Below are positions 50,468 to 64,000 of a stretch of 64,000 nt of DNA, in pieces (position 1 is the stretch's first letter; each line of letters begins with the position of its first letter). Origin of the DNA: Octopus sinensis (Eukaryota). Under the pieces are notes generated by a model. The model was given only the letters and a program-made list of their open reading frames with translations. It ran no database searches and was not told where the DNA came from. The stretch spans positions 129,642,001 to 129,706,000 of the forward strand of contig NC_042997.1 of assembly GCF_006345805.1 (NCBI RefSeq), written 5' to 3'. A program made the translations under genes and the position numbers.

Positions 50468-51400
50468 ATGTGTAAGTATATATGTCATTATTCAGTTTTA
50501 TTTCAAGATTTCTTTCCAACAAAGAAAGAGCTGGTTTCTAACCTAGATCCAAGGTTCCTTCATTAGAATTTCAACATCAACAACAGGGTATTTTTGTATG
50601 CATGTATGTATGTATGCAGATTTGTATGCTTTGTTTTATGTATGTTTTCTCATGCATATACCTGCATATATAAATATGCTCATATGTACTTAAATGATAA
50701 ACTTCTGGAAAGTTTTACAGATTTTTACAATTCCAGTGATTAACTGTATCTGTAGTCTTCGAATCAGCTTTCTCTTTTCTAGTTTTGAGAAGCCTAATTT
50801 CTCGAGATTGGTATTTAAGCAGTGTGTTACACATCCCAGTATCCCAACAATTACAGGTATTTACCTAAACTTGTAATATGGATAGAGTAACTGCACATTT
50901 CTCAATAGTTCAGCATGGGCATTCTCTTTTTCACTGATCTTCAGCTTTATGTTAACATCCGCTGGGCAGCTAATTTCCACAACTGTACACAGTTTCTCTT
51001 CTCTATCCCAAATCATTATATCAGGTCTATTGTGTTTACATTTTATTGAAGTTTTCACCAGGACATTCCACCAGTACTCCTTTTTATTATGAGTGGCTAT
51101 GGCTTCCACCATACTGTGGGTTCTTATTTCTTTGTCCTCGGGGTTATTCTCTTAACAGATCTTGTTATACAGTGTCCTAGCTACATCTTGTTTCATTGGT
51201 AGATAATACTGTGGTGATATTTTCAGACAACTGCTTATGATGTGGGTGACATCTTTGGTGTTAACTCCACAAAGTCTGCATAAGTTGTCACATTTACTGC
51301 TTTTCCTGTGTCTCTGTTCCTTTTGTGCATAATGTATTTGGTTGATATTTCTTGTTCCTGGATTATGGTAATGTTGGTGGAGGATGAAGTTGATTTTGTT
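50468..51400 (-). mobile_element. R4/Dong-type LINE (restriction-like endonuclease), 3' part and 3'UTR
   Basis: CRLCGVNTKDVTHIISSC zinc knuckle, NRPDIMIWDREEKLCTVVEISCPADVN (PD..E motif), IVGILGCV; 3'UTR ends AATAAAACTGAATAATGA. Confidence 0.88.
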
Positions 51401-51880
51401 AAATCCTTCTCTCCTGCTATTTGATTTCTTCATTTTCTCTTCTGGTGACTTTGAAGTTCTTGGTTCTGACTGTGATGGAACACTGCCATTTGGTATGGTC
51501 TTGGGCTTGTGTTTCAAATGATTTAGGTTCAAGTTCAGTGGCTTTCAGTGTTGATTTGAGCCAGTCCTTGTTTCTTTGAAGAGGGCTATCCCATGGTCTT
51601 TTCCATGAATTGAGCTTACTGAATAAGACTTGGTGTGGGAAACCTTGACTCTTTCATTCTTGCTACATTGCCTGATCATCAAAGATGGTGTTTCATGATC
51701 AGCATTTCGATGCTTTGACTATTTGCTCGTTCCAGGACTTTGTTGTTGGTCACATAATGTTCCCATTTGATGCTCAAGATTGAATGAAGTTTTTGTTGGT
51801 GAAAGTGTTCGAAGTTTTGGATGTTGTCACAAGATAGAGTCTAGGTTTCACAGACATGTAGCAAAGTTGAAATGACAACA
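51400..51880 (-). mobile_element. RTE-BovB-like LINE C-terminal fragment abutting the R4/Dong piece
   Basis: FEHFHQQKLHSILSIKWEHYVTNNKVLERANSQSIE...SGNVARMKESR. Confidence 0.8.
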
Positions 51881-52175
51881 GCATTATAGAGCATGGAACT
51901 GTATATAGAAAGTTTCCCTCTAAGGCACAAATCTGGGTAGAGTTGTTTGTGGAAGACCAGCAGTCGCTCATGCATACCAGTCTTCCCTCTCCACATCACC
52001 AATATTCTTCAAGTCAAAGGTAAAGGCTTGGCACTAGTGTTCTGACACACATTTCTACAGCTGAGTGAACTAGAGCAATGTGAAATAAAGTGTCTTCCTC
52101 AAGAATACAACACACAGCTCAGTCTAGGAATCGAACTCACAACCTCATGCTTGTAAGCCTATATATATATATATA

Positions 52176-52214
<39 letters not shown>

Positions 52215-52369
52215 CAATTTATATAAATAAGGATAAGATCATTATTTAAATATTGAACTTATTAAGTGGCCAGCATGGGAATAAAAACCTTCAAAGGTAA
52301 TAATTATTATTAAAATTATGTAAGTATTCGTATGTTATATATATATATTTGTATTTACGTGGTGTGTAT

Positions 52370-52427
52370 ATTTCACTGATGAGGCAAAGCATTTCTTATG
52401 CAGAGCCAGAAATCCGGGATCTGGAAT
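52370..52427 (+). ncRNA. Type I hammerhead ribozyme fold (variant core) within a 350-bp unit flanked by (TA)n
   Basis: AUUUCA-CUGAUGA-GGC(aaaGCAUuucuuAUGCaga)GCC-A-GAAA-UCCGGGA-UC-UGGAAU: stem I 6 bp, stem II, near-palindromic stem III, AUC cleavage triplet. Confidence 0.6.
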
Positions 52428-52566
52428 TATCCATTAATTTTTTTTTTGCTAGTTTGTTTTGTCTTTTTGTCTTCTCTCCTGGTGCTGTATGAACATTTAA
52501 TGTGGTTTTAGAGTCAAGTTTTGGCTGCTATTTCCAATGTGGTGGTATCTCTTAGATACCCTAAAT

Positions 52567-52618
<52 letters not shown>

Positions 52619-52929
52619 CTTCTAATATCCACACTTCCTTTAACCTTCTTTTACTATATATCTTATATCCTTCACTACACCTTTCTGTTAAACAGATTTT
52701 CAACAAATTCCCTATCCATCACACTATTTTTCCCTCATTGCACTCAACTACACATTCATGTTTTCTACTCTACTGTCCTATTTTGCTTCATAATCACCTT
52801 GTACCTGAACCTCACATCTCTTTCTTTCTCTCTCTTAATCTTTCTGTGTTCAGGTGAGCAACTCATGTATACACCTCTTCAGCAGGACACCTGCTTTTTG
52901 TCTCTCTGTCATAGTCCCATTCTATTCCC

Positions 52930-53182
52930 CACCTGATTGATTGAGGAGTTTTGTCTTGCAAATTACTTGGTGACTCAACCAGTGCTGATGCCATGTAAAA
53001 AGAACCCAGTACACTCTGTTAAGTGGTTGGCATGAGAAAGGGCATCCAGCTGTAGAAACTATGCCAAAGCAGACATAGAACCTGGCAGAGCCCTGTGCCT
53101 CATTTGTTCTTGTCAAGCCATCCAACTCACATCTGCATGGTAAAGGGGACATTAAATGATGATGATGATGACGATGACGACA
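52930..53182 (+). mobile_element. Family A repeat
   Basis: Shared motifs and (GAT)n tail. Confidence 0.8.
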
Positions 53183-53395
53183 ACGATGATCCATTATAGA
53201 TATATATAACTTCAGTTACTGAAGAATGGCCGTACTGGACCACTTTGCCTTGAAGGATCTCTTTCAGTCTACTGCATCAGTCTCAATACTTTGATGCTTA
53301 TTTTGACTTCTGTAAGATGAAAGGTTAAGTTGACCTGGACATAAAGGTATTTTTTCAATGTCCCGTTTCATCACCTTTTATTGAGAGAAACACAA

Positions 53396-53399
<4 letters not shown>

Positions 53400-53470
<71 letters not shown>

Positions 53471-53600
53471 TTTCTCTCTCTCTCTCTCTTCTTTCTCTCT
53501 CTCTCTCTCTCACACACACACATTCATACACACACATGCACACACCCACATACATATATATAGATAGCTAGATACACACACACACACACACATACACACA
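53400..53600. repeat. (CT)n-(CA)n compound microsatellite
   Basis: Direct reading. Confidence 0.95.
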
Positions 53601-53607
53601 CATAAAT

Positions 53608-54905
53608 ATCATCATCGTCATCATCGTTTAACATCTGCTTTCCATGCAAGCATGGGTTGGACGGTTTAACTGAGGACTGGAAAGCCAGGAGGCTGCACGA
53701 GGCACCAATCTGTTCTGGCAAGTTTTCTACAGATGGATGCCCTTCCTCATGCCAACCACTCCAAGAGTGTAGTGGGTGCTTTTTGCATACCACCAGTGTG
53801 GGGGCCAGCAGGTGGCACTGTCATCAACCATGCTCAAATGGTGCTTTTTACGTGAACCAGTCATGTGGCATTGGCATTGGCTACACTCGAATGGTGCTTT
53901 TTACATGCCACCAGCATGGAAGCCAGTCAGCCAGCACTTGCTTCGGCCACAACAACGGTTTCACTTGACTCAACAGGTCTTCTTATGCACAGCATATTGC
54001 CTGACAATTGAAGGGTACTTTTAAACAGGCTGGTTATGCGACACTGACATTGTCCACGGCTGCGATTTGACTTTATTTACTGGGTCTAGTCAATCACAGC
54101 ATATCTCCAAAGGTCTCGGTCTCTTGTCATTGTCTCTGTGAGGACCACCGTTTGAATGTCGTGCTTCATCACCTCATCCCATGTCTTCCTGGGTCTATCT
54201 CTTTCACAGGTTCCTTCCACTGTTAGGGTGTGATACTTCTTCACACAGCTGTTCTCATCCATACGTGTCACATGACCATACCAGCACAGCTGTCTCTCTT
54301 GCACATCACATCTGATGCTTCTTATGTCCAACTTTTCTCTCAGGGCACTTACACTCCATTGTGTATGCACACTGGCATTACATATCTAGTAGAGCATACT
54401 AGCATAATTTCTTTCAAGCCTACACATTTCTTTCAAGCCTACTGTCCTCAGCAATCACAGCCCATGTTTCACTGCTGTGTAGTATGGCTGTTTGCACACA
54501 TGAATCATGCAGTCTACCTTTCACTCTGAGCGAGAGGCTCTTTGTTACCAGCAGAAGTAGGAGCTCTCTGAACTTAGCCCAAGCTATTCTTATTCTAGCA
54601 GCCACCCTTGATCACCTAGGTAACGGAAGCTATCAACTACTTCTAGTTTTTCCCCCTGGCATGTGATAGACTCTGTTTTCTGTACATCTTCAGTCTTATG
54701 TGTCCATAGCTTACACTATGAACATCTTATAGAGTTTCTACCTATGCCTTTTCCACAGATCAAGCAGGGCCATCTACCTGAAGGGATTTGTGATTTGTCT
54801 GCCTTCCCACTTACTAAGACTTTGGTTTTTGCTAGATTGACTCTAAGGCCCTTAGATTCTAGACCTTGCTTCCACACCTGAAACTTCTCTAATTCTGGTA
54901 GTGAC
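53608..54905 (-). mobile_element. RTE LINE, 5'-truncated with an internal deletion, plus family A 3'UTR
   Basis: LREKLDIRSIRCDVQERQLCWYGHVTRMDENSCVKK...RDRDLWRYAV and ARIRIAWAKFRELL. Confidence 0.9.
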
Positions 54906-55946
54906 TCAATGTATTTTTCTGTGTGTATGTATAAATTTACATTTCATATTTTATTTCAAATTCATCACTACAGTATATCCTTACTTTATCTTTACAAGTG
55001 CACCTCCCATATGCTGACATCACTATCCTAACCAACTATACCATCATTTCTAAATATCTCAATGCCTATGTCACCACTTCACATGGTACCTTATCAAAAG
55101 TTTTCTCCTGAACAATAAGTCTCCAAAGACAACTTCTTCCTGTTGTCTCAGTATTTCTTACCTTAAAACTGCACCAGCCATTCCTCTTCTTGACATAGCA
55201 TTTCATTTATTTTCTCCTACTTCCTTATCCTTTTCTCTAAGACTTTCCAGTGCTGTCATCCTATGTTCAAATAGCTTAATTGCTCAAAACAAACCCACAG
55301 ATCTCTGTCATTTTCTTCATAGTCCAACTTCCTTTAACATATCTCTTACAACTTCAGTTGTTCTTCTTGCCTCTCCTGTCTTTATTACTCTTATTGCTTC
55401 CTCATCTTCTTCCTGTTATCACCTCTGCTATTCCCTAGAGCTAGATACTTTGCCTTTCTATTCATTCTGCACATTCAACAACCTCTCTCTATCTATGCCT
55501 TCCATCTTCCTTTACTTTCTCACACCACTACTGCATCATTTCCCTTCCATCTCATTCCCTGTAACACAGCATATGTCCACTCTTCTTCTGACTGCTACCT
55601 TCACTACTTTCCCTGATCTACCTGTCATTGTCCATACATTCCATACCATGATTCTTATATACTAGTTACCACAATTAATTACTTGGTCACCATTAATGGA
55701 CTGCATTCCTCCTTGGCTTTGACCAGATTCACTTGCTTGTGTTTTGACAAGAGAGGAATGGGACTCCAGTAGGGTACTTAAAGCTATACTCTGCCAATAT
55801 GCAAATACACACATCATAGAACCCTCAAAATAACATGATGTGTTTGATTACTAACAGGTATGGTTTAATCTAATGTCATCCCTTTAAGTCACTACTTAAA
55901 ACATGTAGGAATACAGTGCAACACCTATACAATTTGTGTGTGTGTG

Positions 55947-55987
<41 letters not shown>

Positions 55988-55992
55988 TATAT

Positions 55993-56187
55993 ATCATCAT
56001 TGTTTAACATCCGCTTTCCATGCTAGCATGGGTTGGATGAGTTGACTGAGGTCTGGCAAACCAGATGGTTGCATCAGGCTCCAATCTGATCTGGCAGAGT
56101 GTCTACAGCTGGATGTCCTGCCAGATCAGATTGGAGTCTGATGCAGCCATCTGGTTCACCAGACCTCAGTCAAATCGTCCAACCCAT
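55993..56187. mobile_element. Head-to-head fusion of two family A 3' ends
   Basis: 56028-56097 and 56118-56187 are inverted, non-identical copies. Confidence 0.85.
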
Positions 56188-56272
56188 ATATATTATATAT
56201 ATATATAATATATTATATTATATATAATATATATATATAGTATATATATATATATTGTATATAATATATATG

Positions 56273-56303
<31 letters not shown>

Positions 56304-56314
56304 GTATATATATG

Positions 56315-56345
<31 letters not shown>

Positions 56346-56373
56346 GTATATATATGTATATATATATATTATA

Positions 56374-56412
<39 letters not shown>

Positions 56413-57224
56413 TTATATGTATCCCATTATGTGTATGTGGTGTCTTTTTATGTCCAGTAGCATAACGTGTTGACAAATAGAGATCAGTAAAATAAGTAAC
56501 ATACTGAAATTGTTGCTACTGGTGTCAGTGTGATTGAGTAAAACCTTGAAGGTGGTACGTAGCATGGCCACAGCCTGATGGCTGAAACTAATGAAAGAAT
56601 GTAAGAATAAAAGAACATGTTACAATTCACTGTACTGCACTTCATAATTAATTACGTAGTGTTGTTGTTATTGTTTAGACCCCAGCTCAATCTTGGTCAA
56701 TTAAGCTAATGAAGAAAGGCATTCTGATTGTGACCATATTGTCCTTTTAGAGTTATCTAGTACTGCATTATCTAACGTGGCCTTTCTTTACATGAGTTGG
56801 TAGGGCATGATTTAAACGAGATTAACCTGTTATTTCTAGTAAGCCGAGTGGTGATGTAAAGATGGTAAATTGGCAGTCATTAGAGCATTGGCCAGAAAAC
56901 CATGTAATATTTTCCTGACTCTCTGCTCTCTGAGTTCAAATTCTACCAAGGTCAACTTTGCTTTTCATCCTTTCAAGAGTGATAAAGGAAGTACCAATGC
57001 AGTGTAGTTTATTAGTTGAACTGTAGCTTGACAATATGCCTGATGGTATCTGCTCTAAATCTTTGCATTCTGATAACAATGCCTATGAGGATACTGATAC
57101 TAAGCTGCAACACCCCAAGTAAATAGAATGGCCTTTGGCTGAACTCAGAACCACATGGTTATTGTGGTTATTATGCAAACTTTTTAACCATATAGGTATG
57201 TCTGTGTCTATATTACTTATTTCT

Positions 57225-57445
57225 TTACTACCCACAAGGGGCTAAACACAGAGAAGACAAACAAGGACAGACAAATGGATTAAGTTGATTATATTGACCC
57301 CAGTGCATAACTGGTACTTATTTAATCGACCCCGAAAGGATGAAAGGCAAAGTCGACCTTGGCAGAATTTGAACTCAGAGCGTAGCGGCAGACGAAATAC
57401 TGCTGAGCATTTCGCCCAGCGTGCTAACGATTCTGCCAGCTCGCC
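57225..57445 (-). mobile_element. Family D SINE
   Basis: Reverse complement of the 26513-26740 type. Confidence 0.9.
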
Positions 57446-57889
57446 TGTGTCTATATTACTGGTATATATTTTTGAGAATCCATGGTTCTGTGAGTAACTT
57501 CCATACATCATTCACTAGGACTGTGTGTCAAAGTCTAACCATATGAAGTTTTCTTTGATATGAAAATAAGGATGATATAAAGCATACCAAGATTTGTTAA
57601 ATCATTGACAAATGAAGTCATACAGCAACAGAATAATATCATAGCCAGCTTATGTCTTCAGTTTTGTTTCATAGTTAACACTGTTTACTTCTTGACATAA
57701 AGGAGAAAATAATAGATAAGAACTCTCAAGGTACAAGAAGTGACTAGTGTATAACTAGGACTCTAGCTTTCAGAGATGTTGTCTTTTAAGAATGCATATT
57801 CAATATTATTTATGCGGACTTTTACACCAGCTAAAGAATCAAATGTTTTAATAAGATATAACTTCAAAAGACATTATATATATAGGTGT

Positions 57890-58410
57890 AGGAGTGGCTG
57901 TGTGGTAAGTAGCTTGCTTACGAATCACATGGTTCCAGGTTCAGTCCCACTGTGTAGCACCTTGGGCAAGTATCTTCTACTATAGCCTCAGGCTGACCAA
58001 AGCCTTGTGAGTGGATTTGGTAGATGGAAACTGAAAGAAGCCTGTCGTATATATGTATATATATGTATGTGTGAAGTTTCAGAAATTTTCTGAAACTTCA
58101 GATTTTTAAATATGCTAGACCACTGGTTTTAAATTGATATTAATATTCAATTTTTTGCCCTTATTATTTTAAATTTATATGTATGTGTGTGTATATGTTT
58201 GTGTGTCTGTGTTTGACCCCCCAACATTGCTTGACAACTGATGCTGGTGTGTTTACGTCCACGTAACTTAGTGGTTTGGCAAAAGTGGTTCGATAGAATA
58301 AGTACTAGGCTTATAAAGAATAAGTCCTGGGGTCGATTTGTTCGACTAAAGGCGGTGCTCCAGCATGGCCACAGTCACATGACTGAAACAAGTAAAAGAC
58401 TAAAAGAGTA
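57890..58410 (+). mobile_element. Composite B-microsatellite-C SINE with an internal insert at 58072-58180
   Basis: tRNA head ggagtggctgtgtggtaagtagcttgc; tail gtaaaagactaaaagagt. Confidence 0.88.
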
Positions 58411-58511
58411 TAAATCATGGTTCTCCATAAAGTTACAATCCTCTTAGAGTTTTCAAAATAACTGGGGAATTTATGTGGATACAGCTTGAATGAATGTGTA
58501 TGTATGTGTAG

Positions 58512-58838
58512 TGAAGGTACATGGTTTAGTGGTTTTGGGTATTCAGCTCATGATCATAAAGTCGTGAGTTCAATTCATGGTGGTGCATTGTATCCTTAAG
58601 CAAGACACTTTACTTCACATTGCTCCAGTCCACTTAACTGGTAAAAATGAGTAGCACCTGTTATTCAAAGGGCCAACCATATCACATTTTCTGTTACACT
58701 GAATCTCCCTGAGAACTACATTAAGAGTATGCGTATCTGTGGAGTCCTCAGCTACTTGCACATTAGTTTTACAAGCAGGCTGTTCTGTTGGCTGGATCAA
58801 CTGGGACTGTTGTTGTTGTAACTGATGGAGTGGCAGTA
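58512..58838 (+). mobile_element. Family F SINE, CpG-decayed
   Basis: Aligns to 14920-15243 with CG replaced by TG/CA. Confidence 0.85.
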
Positions 58839-58869
58839 TCTGTGTGTGTGTATGTGTGTGATTATATAT

Positions 58870-59145
58870 ATCATCATCATCATCATCATCATCATCGTTT
58901 AACGTCCGCTTTCCATGCTAGCATGGGTTGGATGATTTGACTGAGGTCTGGCGAACCAGATGGCTGCACCAGGCTCCAATCTGATCTGGCAGAGTTTCTA
59001 CAGCTGGATGCCTTTCCTAATGCCAACCACTCCGAGAGTAGTAGGTGCTTTTATGTGCCACCGGCACAAGGGTCAGTCAGGCGGTACTGGCAACGGCCAT
59101 GCTCAAATGGTGCTTTTTATGTGCCACCTGCACAGGAGCCAGTCA
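58870..59145 (-). mobile_element. Family A repeat
   Basis: Shared motifs. Confidence 0.88.
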
Positions 59146-59664
59146 AAACTCGAAGAAGATAAAACTATAAATAACAGCATATAAATACCGGGTAAAAAAG
59201 TTGAAGGTTGCCTTCAACTTTTTCTATGCAAAAAAGAATAATGTTTTCTCAGTTTTATAAATTCTTATGACATCAACTACACACACATGTTTGATAACAT
59301 AGTTCTATAACCTGGACATTTACAGTTCCCATGAAGAAAACTCTAAATGTCGCATACACCACAAGGCTCCATGCTGTTTCTAATATCTCATGACGTCAAC
59401 ACATAACTAACAAAGTACTGTACTAAGACATCCCATATATCACAGAGACAATACAAAGGTACAGTTGAGATTTATTAGTTAATGCTGGTGTAACAAGGAG
59501 GAAGGAGTAAGTAGCAGAAGTTCTTCTGTGGCAATATTCTCATGGCAAATAGAGAAGAGACAGACCAGCAAAACTACAAGCCATTTGCAACAAAAGACTC
59601 TCATGGATGACAGAGAAATTAAAATGCATGCCAGGAATGCTGAGAAATTTGTGATCCACTGACT

Positions 59665-59666
59665 AT

Positions 59667-59753
<87 letters not shown>

Positions 59754-59842
59754 GTGTGTGTGTGTTCATATATACATGCACATATATATATATATATATA
59801 CACACGTATAAATATATGATATTTCATATATATATATATATA

Positions 59843-59915
<73 letters not shown>

Positions 59916-59923
59916 TATATATT

Positions 59924-59988
<65 letters not shown>

Positions 59989-59991
59989 ATA

Positions 59992-60040
<49 letters not shown>

Positions 60041-60062
60041 GTATATATATACACACACACAC

Positions 60063-60146
<84 letters not shown>

Positions 60147-60192
60147 GTATATATATATAGATATATATATATATTATATATATATACACACA
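59665..60192. repeat. (TG)n followed by about 420 bp of interrupted (TA)n
   Basis: Direct reading; source of the IYIY ORFs. Confidence 0.95.
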
Positions 60193-61059
60193 CTCTGTCA
60201 GTGCTGCTGTCTTGTAAACTACACCCAGTACACTCTGTAAAGTGGTTGGCTTTAGGAAGGACACCCAGTTGTAGAAACCATACCAAAACAGACAATAGAG
60301 CTTGGTGCAGCTCCAGTAACCAGCTCCAGTCAAAACATTCAACCCATGCCAGCATAGAAAATGTGTGTGTGTATTTACATATTTATATATTTACATATGT
60401 GGCTATGACAGCAGGCACTTCATATCTAGTTATTCAATATTCATGTTCCTGATCATCAGACTGGAACAAGTATCAATATGTGGGGTTGGAAGGTGAAAGA
60501 AGTAGGAGTGTCTTAGGAAGGAGGAGGTGATAAGTGGCAGTACAGGAAGGGTGAGCAGTATAATAAACCTTTTAGGCAGATTAGAAAATATGTGGATGAT
60601 GTGCAAGGTCAGGGAGACATGTACAGTGACAAAAATGGATGTCAGAGGTACATAGGAGTGGCTATAGTGTGTAGAGAGCAAAGCTGTTGATAGCAGATAT
60701 GAGGTGTTAAAGGTGAGGTGTGACAGATGTAAGATATTGCTCAGAGAGGAGAGAGAGATAATTGGAGGCACAGAAAGAGGTGATTGGTGGAAAAGAAAGT
60801 TGGAAAGGATAATAGGGAATGAGGGACGGACTTTAAAAGGAAGTGGTTTCAGAGAGATTGGAAGGTAAGCGGGAGTACAAGGCAAGAATGAAATATGTGC
60901 ACATTCAGCTCTCCTATGATTATAGCAACTGAATAGTGTTGTAATTAGAAGAGTGGAAGAATGGGTGTTAGTAAGATGAAGAGTGGAGAAGGTTTAATAG
61001 GGACTGACTGGGTGCAGGAGCACAGTCCAGTGAGTGTGTAGACAAACATTATCCACCTA

Positions 61060-61817
61060 GGACCTCACTTTCTTTGAGACGGACAGGTCTTCCTCAGGGC
61101 AGCAAATTGCCAATGATCCCAGTGTTTTGTTATTTCCACTGAGGTCCAGCATCTTGATATCACCCATCACTATTTTGTTCCCTGCCTTTGTGGGTTTCCT
61201 TTTCCCACAGGTTCCATCTATATTCGGCAATTGAAACTTCTTTATACAGTTGTTTTGCTTTCTTACACACTGCATGACCTTACCAGTGCAGTCTTCTCAC
61301 TTGTGTGCTATATCTGATTCCTCTTTTGCCTAATTTCTCTTTCAATGTATTTGTACTTCATCATACCTGCACACTAATACTGCTACCAACTTCCCATTCT
61401 ACTCTACACATGTCCTCTGCATCTCACTACCATGTAGTAATGCTACATGGTTGTGAAATGTATGTTAGCATCATAAAAACAATCTTTTGCTATGATAGAG
61501 AGGCACATTTTGATATCAATAGATATAAGCATTCTTAAGCTTCTCCAGATAGTTCTTATGTTTTCAGAATATCCTCTGCTCCTGAGGATTTGGGAAAATT
61601 TATTCCCCAGTGTTTTCTTAATGTATATTGCTCCAGTGAGTCTGTTACACACATAGTTTACTTTCTCTGGTAAATTTCTTGTGATTTCACTTAACCATTT
61701 ATGCCTCCATAGCTTACATTGTGTACATCGTTTGGAATTTCTACTTACGCCTTTCCTACATATTGAGAGGGGCCATTTTCCTGAAGGAAGTAAAGATCTG
61801 TGTGCTTTCTTGCTTGT
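61060..61817 (-). mobile_element. RTE LINE fragments, decayed
   Basis: SKKAHRSLLPSGKWPLSICRKGVSRNSKRCTQCKLWRHKW and IDGTCGKRKPTK. Confidence 0.75.
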
Positions 61818-63269
<1,452 letters not shown>

Positions 63270-64000
63270 TCATCTAACATCTGTATTCCATGTTGGCATT
63301 GATTAAATGGTCCAACAGGAATCAACAAGCCAAAGGACAACATTGAGCTCCAATGTCTACTTTGGCATGGTTTCTGTGGTTGGGTGCTTCTTTGTAGTAC
63401 CACCACTTGTAAGGTACCCAAGTAACTAACAAGACAAAACTGACTGACTCAGTGGGGATACAGTGTTGAGAGGGGTGGCTTTATAAAAGGTGTTGAGAGA
63501 ATAAAGCATGATGGAAAGATAGGAACAGGTGTTTTAGTGTTGACGAGATACATGACTACCTCAGTAGAAAAGGGAGAAAGGCTGGTTGAGACAATGTCAG
63601 GGCTTAACCTCAATGTATAAGAAGGTAGATAAAGAAAGAATAGGGCCAAAAAATTGAGGGTGGTTGGCTGGGTAGGTTTGTATGAGAGTGAAAGGAGAAT
63701 TGCAGACAATTAGAGATGGGGTTGATGTGAATGCACTGAATGGTGAACATGGGTGGCAGTATGGTCAGGATTAAAGAAAATAGAAATAGAGGTGATAGGT
63801 AGAAATACACAAAAAGAAGGAGGTAGAGAACAACAGTATAATAAAACTATAAGCAGATGAGAAATAGGGAAATGATGTGAAGTGTTAGGGGAGAGAGAAG
63901 ACATGCAGAGACAGATATGGAGGTCAGAGATACATAGGAATGGATATAATGACAGAAATGGGAGGGAGATGGTATGAAAAGAGTGTGTTCAAGGGAAAGG

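Noticed and set aside
50521-50580. Hammerhead-like CUAAUGA..AACCU/AGGUU..A-GAAA on the minus strand
   Set aside because: Core G5 is missing and stem I is out of register; the segment is the 3'UTR of the R4/Dong LINE

Overview
AT-rich eukaryotic DNA with dense microsatellites. From recalled repeat families (tRNA-head SINEs, RTE LINEs with (GAT)n tails, TTAGGG), it most likely comes from a mollusc, probably an octopod cephalopod; this is an inference and no search was run. No intact protein-coding gene can be supported. The ORF track consists of microsatellite artefacts and fragments of decayed transposable elements. Recognisable fossils are CR1/L2-type, RTE and R4/Dong-type LINEs, a Ty3/Gypsy remnant (gag plus integrase C-terminus), a mariner transposase, a hAT transposase, several MITE/fold-back elements and dozens of SINE copies. 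A CpG-retaining block at about 10.5-19.9 kb is bounded by two promoter-like CpG clusters. These share an inverted 22-bp motif and may be the 5' ends of two divergent genes, with the CpG-poor flanks being introns. The most notable structures are: (1) a type I hammerhead-ribozyme fold at 52370-52427, plus two degenerate copies in an old inverted repeat; (2) a 594-bp fold-back element with internal telomeric repeats and an 8-bp target duplication; (3) a 1.45-kb palindrome near the right end, which may be real or an assembly artefact. Coordinates were read by eye; element boundaries are approximate unless single bases are quoted.
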